Assembly (NCBI GenBank): GCA_963741945.1
Contig: CAVUKA010000007.1
Span: forward strand, 1-64,000
Length of the DNA stretch: 64,000 bases
Source of the DNA: an uncultured Gemmatimonadales bacterium
Lineage (GTDB): Bacteria; Gemmatimonadota; Gemmatimonadetes; Longimicrobiales; RSA9
Direction: 5' to 3'
The notes beneath the pieces are model-generated. The model was not told where the DNA came from. It worked only from the letters and a program-made list of their open reading frames with translations, and searched no databases. The translations under genes were made by a program, and so were the position numbers. Every line of letters starts with the position of its first letter. Within the stretch, counting starts at the first letter, position 1. Positions 32,219-42,373 of the stretch are shown one piece after another.

Positions 32219-32247
32219 ATCGTAGAGTTGGCCGGTCCGGGTGTCAA
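32219..32247 (-). promoter_or_regulatory. sigma70 promoter for tRNA-Gln-lexA-tadA
   Basis: TTGACA-17 nt-TACGAT; the -35 box overlaps the gltX stop codon. Confidence 0.75.
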
Positions 32248-33707
32248 CCGGCGGCGGCCAGCGCCAGCACGCGCTGGCGCGCCGCATCCAGGCGCGCCAG
32301 CGTCCGATCCCGTCCCATCACGACGAGGACTTCGAAAATGCCGGGAGACACGGCCGCTCCGGTCACGGCCACCCGCACCGGGTGGATCAGCTTCCCCGCC
32401 CCGACACCGAGCTCCTCCGCCAGTGCGCGCAGCGCATCCTCCAGCGGCTGCTCCTCCCAGGCGTCGATGTCGGAATAGACGTCCCGGATGCGGGCGAGGC
32501 GGTCGGCCACGTCGGCGGGCTGCCGGGCCCAGTGCTTCTCGACGGCGGCCTCCTCGTATTCCACCCGCTCCGCCAGGTACGGCTCCGCCTGCGAGATAAT
32601 GTCGTCCACCGTCCGCGCCCGCGGCTTCAGCAGGTCGATCAGGCGCAGCAGCCATGGCCGGCGCTGCGCGAGATCTGCCGGTGCGGCAAGGCCGGCGCTG
32701 ATGAGGCGGTCCACCACCAGCGGCTCGAGCCGCTCGGGCGCGGCCGCGCTCAGGTACTGGCCGTTCAGCCACGCCAGCTTGTCCGTGTCGAATACCGCGC
32801 TCTTCTTCCCGATTCCATCCAGAGAGAAGCGGCGGGTCAGCTCGGGGAGCGTCATGATCTCCGTGTCGTCGCCCGACGACCAGCCCAGCAGGGCGAGGAA
32901 GTTGACCATCGCTTCCGGCAGGATCCCTTCCTCCCGGTACTGCCCCACGGCAGTGGCGCCATGCCGCTTGCTCAGCCGCTTCCCATCACTCCCCAGGATC
33001 ATGGGGACGTGGGCGAACGTCGGCCGCTCCCATTCCAGTGCTTCGTACAGCAGGATCTGCTTGGGCGTGTTCGAGAGGTGGTCGTCGCCCCGGATGACGT
33101 GCGTGATGCCCATCTCCCGGTCGTCGCTCACCACGGCCATGTTGTAGACGGGCGTCCCGTCGCTGCGCAGGACGATGAAGTCCTCGATGTCCGCGTTGTC
33201 GAAGCGGGTGCGTCCGTGGACCGCGTCCTCCCACACGGTCTCCCCGCCGGGCACCGCGAACCGCACCGTGTACGCCTCCCCCGCCGCCGCACGCTGCTCG
33301 CCCTCCTCCGGCGAGACCGTGAGGCGGCAGTGGCGGTCGTAGCGGTAGCCTTCTCCCCTGGATTCCGCCGCCCTGCGCTTCTCATCCAGCGATTCCGGCG
33401 TGCAGAAGCAGCGGTACCCGTGCCCGGACGCCAGCAGTCGCAGCGCGTCCCGGCGGTGCCGGTCGAGCCCGTCCGCCTGGTGCACGGGCCCTTCGTCCCA
33501 GTCCAGACCGAGCCACTCCATGCCATCGAGGATCGCCTGCGTCATGGCGTCGCTCGACCGCTCACGGTCCGTGTCCTCGATGCGCAGGATGAACGTCCCG
33601 CCGTGATGCCGTGCGAACAGCCAGTTGAAAAGCGCCGTGCGCGCGCCACCCACGTGCAGGTACCCGGTTGGTGACGGCGCGAAGCGCACCCGAACCCTCT
33701 CGCTCAC
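32244..33707 (-). CDS. gltX: Glutamate--tRNA ligase
   Basis: RFAPSPTGYLHVGG, RIEDTD, IRGDDHLSNT, RLSKR, PVRVAVTG...SP. Confidence 0.97.
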   Translation of the reverse strand: MSERVRVRFAPSPTGYLHVGGARTALFNWLFARHHGGTFILRIEDTDRERSSDAMTQAILDGMEWLGLDWDEGPVHQADGLDRHRRDALRLLASGHGYRCFCTPESLDEKRRAAESRGEGYRYDRHCRLTVSPEEGEQRAAAGEAYTVRFAVPGGETVWEDAVHGRTRFDNADIEDFIVLRSDGTPVYNMAVVSDDREMGITHVIRGDDHLSNTPKQILLYEALEWERPTFAHVPMILGSDGKRLSKRHGATAVGQYREEGILPEAMVNFLALLGWSSGDDTEIMTLPELTRRFSLDGIGKKSAVFDTDKLAWLNGQYLSAAAPERLEPLVVDRLISAGLAAPADLAQRRPWLLRLIDLLKPRARTVDDIISQAEPYLAERVEYEEAAVEKHWARQPADVADRLARIRDVYSDIDAWEEQPLEDALRALAEELGVGAGKLIHPVRVAVTGAAVSPGIFEVLVVMGRDRTLARLDAARQRVLALAAAG

Positions 33708-33818
33708 TGCTCCTCCTCGACCCGTTCCCGCCGATGCTATCCCGTCACTACGGGGCCCCGGCCTCCCTGTCCCGCCGGCCATGGCCAGCTCCGAACACCT
33801 GCCGCGCTACCGGCCGCC

Positions 33819-34592
33819 CTACCAGCCGCCCCGGCGGCCGTGATGGCGGCCGCGCGGCCGCTCCGACCGCTCTTCAATGCGATCGAGGCGGCGCTGCATT
33901 CGCTGTTCCACCCTCGATCGCGCGTCACTTCCACGCTCGCCTCGATCCCTCACCTTGATCGAGACCCCGCCCATGAGCGCGAACCCCGTGACCCGGATGA
34001 CCGGCGCGTCCGGGGCCGGATCGACCTCGAGTTCGGATTCCTGGTCGAAGCCGCCCATCAGAGCGAATCCCTGCGTCTCCACGTGCACGTCGGGCGGCAC
34101 GGTGATGTCGACGCCGCCCCAGAAGGCGAAGCAGTTGATCTCGGTCACGCCCGACTTCAGGACCGCGTCGCGGAAATCCAGCTCCACGCCGCCCATGACG
34201 GCCACGGCCATCATCTGCGACGGCGGGGCCCACCGTCCGGCCCTTCGCGTTCCGCCCAGCACCGCGACCGCTACATGCCCGGCCTCGCGAAGGGAGCCCG
34301 ATGGCCGCTCGCCCCGGTCGCCGGCAGGTGCCGGTATACCACCCCGCGCCGCCGTCGATTCCGATCGTGCGACCGGGCGCGTGGCGGGCCGTCGGGCCGG
34401 AGGCGGGGCGGGTGCGGGCGCGCGCAGATCCGCCAGCAGCGCGTCCAGCTCGCCGCGATTCTGCGCGGCACGGGCGCGCTCCAGCCGCCGCTCGAGCTCG
34501 CCCATGGAGAGGGCGTCCTCGGCGAACTGACGGCAGAGCGCGTCGATGGTGTCCTCGCGCGCGTTCCGGAGCGTGATGGGGCGTTCGTCCAT
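33819..34592 (-). CDS. DUF1707 (SHOCT-like) plus LiaF-like domain protein
   Basis: REDTIDALCRQFAEDALS..ELERRLERA...LLADL; AVMGGVELDFRDA, GGVDITVP. Confidence 0.8.
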   Translation of the reverse strand: MDERPITLRNAREDTIDALCRQFAEDALSMGELERRLERARAAQNRGELDALLADLRAPAPAPPPARRPATRPVARSESTAARGGIPAPAGDRGERPSGSLREAGHVAVAVLGGTRRAGRWAPPSQMMAVAVMGGVELDFRDAVLKSGVTEINCFAFWGGVDITVPPDVHVETQGFALMGGFDQESELEVDPAPDAPVIRVTGFALMGGVSIKVRDRGERGSDARSRVEQRMQRRLDRIEERSERPRGRHHGRRGGW

Positions 34593-34641
34593 GGTTCGGC
34601 CCAACAACATATCCTGTCCCGCTCCATCCCGCTAAGCGGTT

Positions 34642-37600
34642 TCAGCCGCTGCGCCGCGCCGGCCCGCGCTCGACCAGGAAATAGAGGGCGGGCGTGACCG
34701 TGAGCACGAAGAGGGTGGAACTGGCCAGTCCACCGATGAGCACATAGGCGAGCGCGTTCCAGATGTTCTCATCGGCCGAGGCGCTGAACGCCACGAGCGG
34801 GAGGAGGCCGCCGATGCTGGTCGCGCTGGTCATCAGGATCGGGCGCACCCGCTCGATCGTTCCGCGCACGACCGCGGCCTCCAGGCCGATCCCGTCCGCG
34901 CGTCGGAGGTGAGTGATGTGAGCCACCAGGAGGATCGCGTTGTTCACCGCGATGCCGGCCATGAGGATCACGCCCACGTACGCTTCACGCGTGAAGCTGG
35001 CGCGCGTGAAGAAGAAGGCGAGGAAGACGCCGACCAGCGCCATCGGTACGGTCAGGAGGACCGCCGCCGGCTGGCGCAGCGATTCGAACAGCGAGGCGGT
35101 GACCATGAAGACCAGGGCAATGGAAAGGGCGAGGATGCCGTGAACCTGCCGTTGCTCCTCTTCGCTCCAGCGCCCCGCATCGCCGGCCTGCAGCGTGTAT
35201 CCGGGGGGCAGGAACGTGCTCGCGATCACGGCATCCCGCGTGCGATCGCCCAGCTTGCTCGAGCCCCGGAACTCGTAGGCGACCACCCGGTTGTAGCGCT
35301 GGTCCTCCCGCTCGATACGGCCGGGGGTGGTCCGCTCCTCGAACCCCGCCACCGCAGCCAGGCGAACGGCCGATCCGCTCCCGGTCGGCAGCCGCAGGTC
35401 CTGCAGCGCCTGGACCGCAGTCGCCCCGCCGCCCGCCAGCATCACCGAGACCCGCGCGTCCTCCCCCGCCACCCGCACGACCGCTTCGCTCGCGCCGCTC
35501 CCGGTGGCGGCGGCGACCTGTCCGACCAGGTCGCGCACGGTGAGGTCGTGGAGCGCCAGGCGCGCGCGGTCGATCCGCAGCACCATCTCCGTCTCCTTCT
35601 CGCGCAACCGGTGCCCGCTGGCGTTCGTGTCCACGTCCCGGATGCGGCTGAAGCGCGCAAGCCGCTGCCCCACGTCTTCGGCGATCTCCCGTACTTCCTC
35701 GTAGTCGTAGCCGAGGACGTGGATCGAGTAGGCTGGCGGAGCGCCGACGTCGCCGTAGAACGACGGCCCATAGCCGTACACGCGAACCTGGAGCCCGTCG
35801 AACTGGCGGCTGTAGCCCACCAGCCGCTCCTTCACGGCGGCCGGAATCCCCGTGCCCGCCAGCGAGTCGGCAAACGTCACGTGGATGGTGCCGAACGACG
35901 GCTGCACGCGGGTCACGAACCGGTCCACTCCCGGCACTTCCCGCAGCGTCGCTTCCAGCTGCCGTGTCAACGCATCCACGCGCTCCAGGTCGTCGCCGCG
36001 CGGCATCCTCACGTCGATCTCGACGTAGCTGTCTCGCCCCCACCAGTCCGCCCACACCACCCCGCGGTCCACGTGGCGGTCGAACAGGTGGTACGACCCG
36101 CCGAGAAGAGCGAGCGCCGCGCCAACGGTCAGAACCGGCCGCCGCAGAGTGAAGCCGATCAGCCGGGCATGGACCCGGGTGCACCGGGGCGGCCGCGAGT
36201 CCACGGGGGGCGTCCCACGTCCGTCCGCAGTCCTAATCCGGCACGCGTGCGCACGGGCGACACCGGGCAGCCCCGCAACCCTTCTCCGCGCCGGGATTCC
36301 CGCCATGAGCCGGCTCGCGGCCGCGGGGATGAACGTGAACGCCACGACGAGGCTGGCGAGAAGGCTGAGCCCTACGACCACGGCGAGGGGGACGTAATAG
36401 GCCTGGAGCTCGCCCTGGAGGTAGACGAACGGAGTCAGCACCACCACCGTGGTGAGCGTGGCGGCGAGGATCGGGAGGGCCACCTCGCGCGCGCCACGGG
36501 CGGCCGCCTCGGCCGGAGCATCTCCCAGCATGCGACGCCGGAATACGTTCTCCAGCACCACGATGGCATTGTCCACGATGAGACCGAAGCCCATGGCCAG
36601 GCCCATCAGCGTAAGGACGTTGAGCGTGAGGCCGGCGAAATAGGCGAGATTGACCGTGATCAGGACGCTGAACCCGACCGTTGCCAGGACGATCACGGCC
36701 GCAGCAATGGAGCCGAGAAAGAGGAGCAGGACAAGGAAGATCATGCCCACGGCCACGGCCGCCCTGGTACGCAGGTTTGAAAGCTGGGCACGCACGGCCT
36801 CACCCTCGTCCTCATCCAGGATCAGGCGGGCGTCCGGCGGGATGGACGGGGCCAGGGCCGCGAGCCGCGCCTTCACGGCGTCGCCCAACCGGACCGCGTT
36901 GCTCCCGGGCCTCTTGCGTACCGTGAAGCTGACCGCGGGCAGGCCGTCTACGCGGTAGCGGCTGCGTGCGTCCTCGAACGTGTCGTGGATCCGGGCAACG
37001 TCGCCGAGCCGCACCCCTTCTCCGCCCCGGCCCCCGAGGGGCAGCGACAGCAGCTCGATCACGGACTCAACGCCCTGGTGGATCGCCAGTGTACGTCGGA
37101 CGCCCGCCTCCTCGATCAGGCCCGCCTCCGTGGCGGGCGCAAGCGCCCGGACGCCCTGACGCACGGCCGACAGCGAGAGACCCCGCCCTTCCGCCCGCGC
37201 CGGGTCCACCTCGATCTTCAGCAGACGGTCCCGGCCACCGCGGACTTCGACATCACCCACGCCCTCGATCTGCGTGAGCGCGGGAACGATCACGTCCTGG
37301 ACGCTCGCCCGCAGAGCCTCCGGCGTGGACGGGCCGGTCAGGGTGTATTCCAGGAACGGCTTCCGCCGATCCTCGAGCTCCCGGGGCACGTATGGCAGCA
37401 CATCCGGCGCCACGCGGTCGGGGAGGTGGCGGCGCAACGCCGCAATCCGCTCCGAGAGCTCGAGCCGCGCGAAATCCATCTTCGTGGAGCGGGAGAAGTC
37501 CGCCCGGATCGTGGCTCGACCCGGCTCCGACGTGGAACGGACTTTCTCGACACCGGGCAGCTCCCGGACTGCGCCCTCGAGTGGCGAAGCGATGAGGGCC

Positions 37601-37773
37601 TCGACCGCTTCAGGCGACGATCCGGGCCATTCCGCTCGCACGGTGAGACGGGGCAGCTCCGTCTCGGGCAGAAGCTCCAGCGGCATGTTGCGCCATGCGA
37701 CGACCCCGAGCAGCGCCGTGGCCACGTACGCCATGGCAGTCGCCACGGGGCGCCGAATCGCGAGGCCGATCAC
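34642..37773 (-). CDS. RND efflux permease (second of a pair)
   Basis: 1043 aa; IRRPVATAM, GLIVDNAIVVLEN, GIAVNNAI, RVRPILMTS. Confidence 0.92.
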   Translation of the reverse strand: MIGLAIRRPVATAMAYVATALLGVVAWRNMPLELLPETELPRLTVRAEWPGSSPEAVEALIASPLEGAVRELPGVEKVRSTSEPGRATIRADFSRSTKMDFARLELSERIAALRRHLPDRVAPDVLPYVPRELEDRRKPFLEYTLTGPSTPEALRASVQDVIVPALTQIEGVGDVEVRGGRDRLLKIEVDPARAEGRGLSLSAVRQGVRALAPATEAGLIEEAGVRRTLAIHQGVESVIELLSLPLGGRGGEGVRLGDVARIHDTFEDARSRYRVDGLPAVSFTVRKRPGSNAVRLGDAVKARLAALAPSIPPDARLILDEDEGEAVRAQLSNLRTRAAVAVGMIFLVLLLFLGSIAAAVIVLATVGFSVLITVNLAYFAGLTLNVLTLMGLAMGFGLIVDNAIVVLENVFRRRMLGDAPAEAAARGAREVALPILAATLTTVVVLTPFVYLQGELQAYYVPLAVVVGLSLLASLVVAFTFIPAAASRLMAGIPARRRVAGLPGVARAHACRIRTADGRGTPPVDSRPPRCTRVHARLIGFTLRRPVLTVGAALALLGGSYHLFDRHVDRGVVWADWWGRDSYVEIDVRMPRGDDLERVDALTRQLEATLREVPGVDRFVTRVQPSFGTIHVTFADSLAGTGIPAAVKERLVGYSRQFDGLQVRVYGYGPSFYGDVGAPPAYSIHVLGYDYEEVREIAEDVGQRLARFSRIRDVDTNASGHRLREKETEMVLRIDRARLALHDLTVRDLVGQVAAATGSGASEAVVRVAGEDARVSVMLAGGGATAVQALQDLRLPTGSGSAVRLAAVAGFEERTTPGRIEREDQRYNRVVAYEFRGSSKLGDRTRDAVIASTFLPPGYTLQAGDAGRWSEEEQRQVHGILALSIALVFMVTASLFESLRQPAAVLLTVPMALVGVFLAFFFTRASFTREAYVGVILMAGIAVNNAILLVAHITHLRRADGIGLEAAVVRGTIERVRPILMTSATSIGGLLPLVAFSASADENIWNALAYVLIGGLASSTLFVLTVTPALYFLVERGPARRSG

Positions 37774-40700
37774 GCAACCTCCGCGCGCCGCCGTCCGCGC
37801 AGGCCCGCCACGAGGTCATAGGCCACGGGTATCACCACGAGAGTCAGGGCCGTGGCGGTGACCAGGCCGCCGATCACCGCGATCGCCAGCGGCGCGCGCA
37901 GATCCGCACCGCGCCCGAGCCCCAGCGCCATGGGCAGGAGCCCGAGGACGGTGGTCACTGTGGTCATCAGGATCGGGCGGAGCCGCGCACGACCCGCCTC
38001 CAGGATGGCGTCGCGGACGGACGCGCCGCGAGCGCGGGAGCGATTGATGAACTCCACCTTGATGATGGCATCGTTCACCGCGATCCCCACCAGGATCACC
38101 ATGCCGATCAGGCTCATGGCGTTCAGCCCGGCCCCCGTGAGCGCCAGCGCCCCGACGGCGCCGATCAGGGCCAGCGGCACGCTCAGCAGGATCGTCAGCG
38201 GGTGCAGGAACGACTCGAGCTGCGCGGCCAGGATCATGTAGACCAGGAGCAGCGCGAGGCCGAATGCGAAGCCCAGGTCCCGGAAGCTCTCGCGCATCTC
38301 CTCGTTCTCGCCCCCGATCTCCACGCGCACGCCACGAGGAACGGGCGCGGCGCTGGCGATCGCCAGCCGGATCGCCGCCACCGCAGAGCTCAGCCCACTC
38401 CCCGCGACGTCGGCATAAATGGGGACGACTCGGGTCTGGCGACGTCGCCGGATCTCGGTCGGTCCTGCCTCGTCCTTCACCCGGATCAGCTCCCGCAGGG
38501 GGACACCCTCCACCGTGAGATCGCGCAGGGTGCCGAGCGAATGCCGCTGCGATTCCGGGAGCCGGACGACGACCGGCGTCCTCCGATCGAACTCCAGGAG
38601 GTCGGTGGCCTGGTGGCCGAGCATGTAGCGCTCGACCGCCTCCGCCACGGTCCGCGCGTCGAGCCCGAACGCCGCGACGCGCTCGCGATTGATCTCGACC
38701 CGGGCTTCCGGCTGGCCCAGGTTCAGTCCAAGCCGGACGTTCGCCAGCGCTGGTGCCGAGGCCAGCGCGCGCGCCAGCACGCGCGCGTAACGGAGCACCC
38801 CGGCCGGGTCGTCGCCGCGTACCCGGACCGCGAGGTCCGCAACCCCTTCCCCCGTCAGCCACCCCACCGCCGCCGCCTGGCCGGCCTCCACGCTCGGTAC
38901 ACCCGCAGGCCACTGCTGCAGTGTCGGGCGCAGACGCGCCAGCGTAGTCGCGGTGGCGGCGCCGCGGGACAGCCGCACGTCGATGGCGGCCGTGTTGACC
39001 CCGCTCTCCCACCCACCCAACCCCGCAACGGCCGGTCCGCGCCCCACCAGGGTAAAGGTGGCCTCCACGCCCGGCGTCTCCCGGAGCACGGAGTCCAGCT
39101 TCGCCGTCGCTTCCGCCGTCCGGTCCAGCGATGCCCCCTCGGCCAGCGCGAGGCGGACCCGGAACCCACCCTGGTCTACCGGAGGCAGTACGCTGCGAGG
39201 AAGGACGCTCGCGAGCCCCATGGCCGCGAGGAAGAGCACACCCGTGATGGCCACCACCCGGCCCCGATGCCGGAGTGATGACACCAGCAGGCGGTGGTAG
39301 CACTCGGCGAACCGGCTGAAGCCGCGGTCGAACCCCGCGAACAGCGATTGGAGCCGCCGGGAGACCGCCGCAGCCAGACCGGCTCCCGAACGTGGCGGTC
39401 CCCGTCGCTCTGGGAGCGGGTGCTTCCCGCGATGGAGCCACCCGCCGGACTGCCAGCGAGCGGCCAGGGTGGGCAGGACCGTGAGCGCCACCAGCAAGCT
39501 TGCGAGCAGCGAGAAGGTCACCGCCAGCGACAGTGCGGTGAACAGCTGTCCGGCCACGCCTTTCACGTACGCAATGGGGCCGAAGACAGCCACGGTCGTG
39601 AGCGTGGACGCCGTGATCGCCCCCTGGACTTCCTCCGCGCCCACCACGGCGGACCCTGGAGTGGGCGATTCGAGCCCGGACGTCTGCAGCTCATGGTGAC
39701 GGGAGATGTTCTCGAGCACCACAATGCTGTTGTCCACCAGCATCCCCACACCGAGGGCCAGGCCGCCCAGGCTCATGATGTTGAGCGATACTCCGGCCAG
39801 GTCCAGGAGAGCGAGCGCAGCCAGGACCGAGAGCGGGATGGCCAGACCCACTGCCACCGGGTAGCGGGCGTCGCGCAGGAAGAGGAAGAGCACCAGGAAA
39901 GCCAGGATTCCGCCCAGGAGCAGCGCCTGGGTCACGCTGGAAACGGCATCGGCGATGAACCCCGCCTGGCTCGTGGCCAGGCGCAGGTGAATATCCGGGT
40001 GTTCCGCCCGGAGCCGCGCCACCACCCGGCCCACCTCTCGCGCCACCGCCACGGCGCTGGCATCGGGCTCGCGGTACAGCAGAAGTCCCACGGCGTCTTC
40101 CCCATTGTACCTGGCAATGGAAGTCGGCTCCGCGAAGCCATCCCGGATGGTGGCCAGGTCGCGCACCCTCACTTCGCCGCGATCGCCACCCTCCGCCGGG
40201 GACGCACGGGCCACCACCACGTCGCCGATCTGGGACGCGGCCTCGAGCTCGCCCATGGTGCGAAGGTGATAATTCAGCCGCCCCCGGGTCACCGTCCCGC
40301 CCGGGAGGGCCTGGCTGGACGCGGCCAGCGCTTCCGAGATGTGATCCAGCCCGATGCCGAACGATTCGGCGCGGCGTGAATCCACCTCCACCTGGACTTC
40401 GCGATGGAGGCCGCCAGTCACCGCCGCCCGCGCCACTCCGTCGACCTGCTCCAGGCGCCGCCGGAGGACCGTTTCGGCGAGCTCCCTCAACGCCAGCAGG
40501 TCCCCGGCCCCTGACACGGAGAGGGCCATGACCGGATCACTGCCCGGATCAGTGCGCAGAACGATGGGTCTGTCGGCCCGCTCCGGCAGAGCCTCGCCCA
40601 CGGCCTGGATCCGCTCACGCACGTTGAGCACGGCCACGTCCATGTCCGTCCCCCACGCGAACCAGATGGTGACCAGCGAGATCCCTTCCCGGCTGACGCT

Positions 40701-40943
40701 CTCCACGTCGCGGACTGCGGGGAGACCGGCCAGCTGCTGCTCCAGTGGCGCCGTGACGAAGCGCTCCACTTCGGCCGGTCCGGCACCCGGGTAGCCCGTG
40801 TGGACGAGCAGCTTCGGATAGGCGACGTCCGGCAGCAACTCAATGGGGAGACGACCGAAGGAGATCAGGCCCAGCAGCGCCACCGCCGCCGCCACCATGC
40901 TGACGCCCACCGGGCGCGTGACGGAGCGTCGCGGGAGGCTCAT
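37770..40943 (-). CDS. RND efflux permease (first of a pair)
   Basis: 1057 aa; NIMSLGGLALGVGMLVDNSIVVLEN, RLRPILMTTVTTVLGLLP. Confidence 0.93.
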   Translation of the reverse strand: MSLPRRSVTRPVGVSMVAAAVALLGLISFGRLPIELLPDVAYPKLLVHTGYPGAGPAEVERFVTAPLEQQLAGLPAVRDVESVSREGISLVTIWFAWGTDMDVAVLNVRERIQAVGEALPERADRPIVLRTDPGSDPVMALSVSGAGDLLALRELAETVLRRRLEQVDGVARAAVTGGLHREVQVEVDSRRAESFGIGLDHISEALAASSQALPGGTVTRGRLNYHLRTMGELEAASQIGDVVVARASPAEGGDRGEVRVRDLATIRDGFAEPTSIARYNGEDAVGLLLYREPDASAVAVAREVGRVVARLRAEHPDIHLRLATSQAGFIADAVSSVTQALLLGGILAFLVLFLFLRDARYPVAVGLAIPLSVLAALALLDLAGVSLNIMSLGGLALGVGMLVDNSIVVLENISRHHELQTSGLESPTPGSAVVGAEEVQGAITASTLTTVAVFGPIAYVKGVAGQLFTALSLAVTFSLLASLLVALTVLPTLAARWQSGGWLHRGKHPLPERRGPPRSGAGLAAAVSRRLQSLFAGFDRGFSRFAECYHRLLVSSLRHRGRVVAITGVLFLAAMGLASVLPRSVLPPVDQGGFRVRLALAEGASLDRTAEATAKLDSVLRETPGVEATFTLVGRGPAVAGLGGWESGVNTAAIDVRLSRGAATATTLARLRPTLQQWPAGVPSVEAGQAAAVGWLTGEGVADLAVRVRGDDPAGVLRYARVLARALASAPALANVRLGLNLGQPEARVEINRERVAAFGLDARTVAEAVERYMLGHQATDLLEFDRRTPVVVRLPESQRHSLGTLRDLTVEGVPLRELIRVKDEAGPTEIRRRRQTRVVPIYADVAGSGLSSAVAAIRLAIASAAPVPRGVRVEIGGENEEMRESFRDLGFAFGLALLLVYMILAAQLESFLHPLTILLSVPLALIGAVGALALTGAGLNAMSLIGMVILVGIAVNDAIIKVEFINRSRARGASVRDAILEAGRARLRPILMTTVTTVLGLLPMALGLGRGADLRAPLAIAVIGGLVTATALTLVVIPVAYDLVAGLRGRRRAEVA

Positions 40944-42373
40944 CCCCCGGTATCCGCCGAGCCGCGAAGCTGCTCCTCCACCTGCACCAGCGCGTCGGCG
41001 AGAGCGTAGCGCGCGCTCAGCAGCTGGCGTTCCGCGGTCGCCACCTGATCGCTGATCTGGCGCAGGAGGGTATAGTCCAGCGTTCCGAGGCGGTACAGCT
41101 CCTGTCCCTGCGCTAGCCGCTCGCGTGCGATTTCCGCAGACCGTTCAGCGAGCCGCACGGCCTCGCAGCCGTCTCGCAGATCGATGGCCGCGGAACGCGC
41201 CGCACGCTCCACCGCCAGCCGCGCCTCCCGGAGCGACGCCCGCGCGCTCTCGGCTGAGAGCTTCGCCGCTTCGACGGACGCGGACGCCTGGAGCCCGGGC
41301 AACAGCGGCACCGCCACGCGCAGGCCGAAACTCCAGCTCGAATTCTCCGGATGAAGCTCCCGGAACGCGGCGTACTCCCTCAGGTTCGCTCCCCGTCCCC
41401 AGCTGTATTCGAGGCTCAGCGACGGCAGCCTGCCCGCCCGGGCTGCCGAAACGCCGCGCTCCGCGGCCACCTTCCTGGCCTCCGCCTCGAGCACTGCGGG
41501 GCTCCGGCGCAGCGCCCACCGGGCCAGCGAATCCTCCGACAGCCGGTCCGGGTCGAAAGCAGTCGGAAGCGCGTCCATCAGCGCGAACGTGCGCCCCAGC
41601 GGCACACCCATGACTTCGTTGAGGATCAGCGCGGCCTTCCTCGCCTCCCCCCGCGCCCGTGACAGTGACTGCTCCGCCTGGGCGACCGACAGCTCCGCGC
41701 CCAGCACGTCCGTCGGCTGCCTCGCCGCTACCCGCAGAAGCGCGCGGATCGCCCACAGCTGGTCCTCGGCCGTGCGAAGGACACCTTCCTCGACGACGAT
41801 CAGCGCCTGGCGCTCTACCAGCTGGAAGTACGCCCGACCTACCCGCGTGCGCAGCGCCGCCACATCCCGCGCCCCGGCAGCCGCTTCCGCCCCGGTCAGG
41901 GCCCGGGCCGCGCCGTACGTTCGGATGGATGCCAGATCGAAGAGTGCGACGCGGCCGGCAAGACCCTGGGAAGTGCTGCTGGTGGTGCTCTTCTCGTACG
42001 ACGGTGCTTCGGTCGGCTGGCCGAAATCGTCGAAGGCCGTCTTCGTCCTGGCCGTGGTGCCGGTGAAGCTCAACCATGCCGACAGCGTCGGCAGCATCTC
42101 ACCGAGAGCCCGCCGCTCGTCGGACCGCACGACTGCGGCTCCGTTGACTGCCCGGGCGTGCGTGGGGCTGTGCTCGAGCGCGAGCGCGATGGCGGCCTCC
42201 AGCGAGAGCGGCTCGGGCACCCGCGAGCCGTCCCAGTCCGACGATCCCACATCCGGCCCTTCCTGCGCGCCCAGTGCGGCCGGTCCTGGTCCGGGGATCA
42301 CGAAACCGATCGCGACCGCAAACATCACCGCGACCGAGCGGGTGGATACGCCGACACGGTCGGACGCAGTCAG
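40940..42373 (-). CDS. TolC-family outer membrane factor (start uncertain: CTG at 42373 or GTG at 42328)
   Basis: LSLEAAIALALEHSP, two OEP repeats, YRLG; GGGAGG lies 5 nt before an in-frame CTG overlapping the upstream stop. Confidence 0.85.
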   Translation of the reverse strand: MTASDRVGVSTRSVAVMFAVAIGFVIPGPGPAALGAQEGPDVGSSDWDGSRVPEPLSLEAAIALALEHSPTHARAVNGAAVVRSDERRALGEMLPTLSAWLSFTGTTARTKTAFDDFGQPTEAPSYEKSTTSSTSQGLAGRVALFDLASIRTYGAARALTGAEAAAGARDVAALRTRVGRAYFQLVERQALIVVEEGVLRTAEDQLWAIRALLRVAARQPTDVLGAELSVAQAEQSLSRARGEARKAALILNEVMGVPLGRTFALMDALPTAFDPDRLSEDSLARWALRRSPAVLEAEARKVAAERGVSAARAGRLPSLSLEYSWGRGANLREYAAFRELHPENSSWSFGLRVAVPLLPGLQASASVEAAKLSAESARASLREARLAVERAARSAAIDLRDGCEAVRLAERSAEIARERLAQGQELYRLGTLDYTLLRQISDQVATAERQLLSARYALADALVQVEEQLRGSADTGG

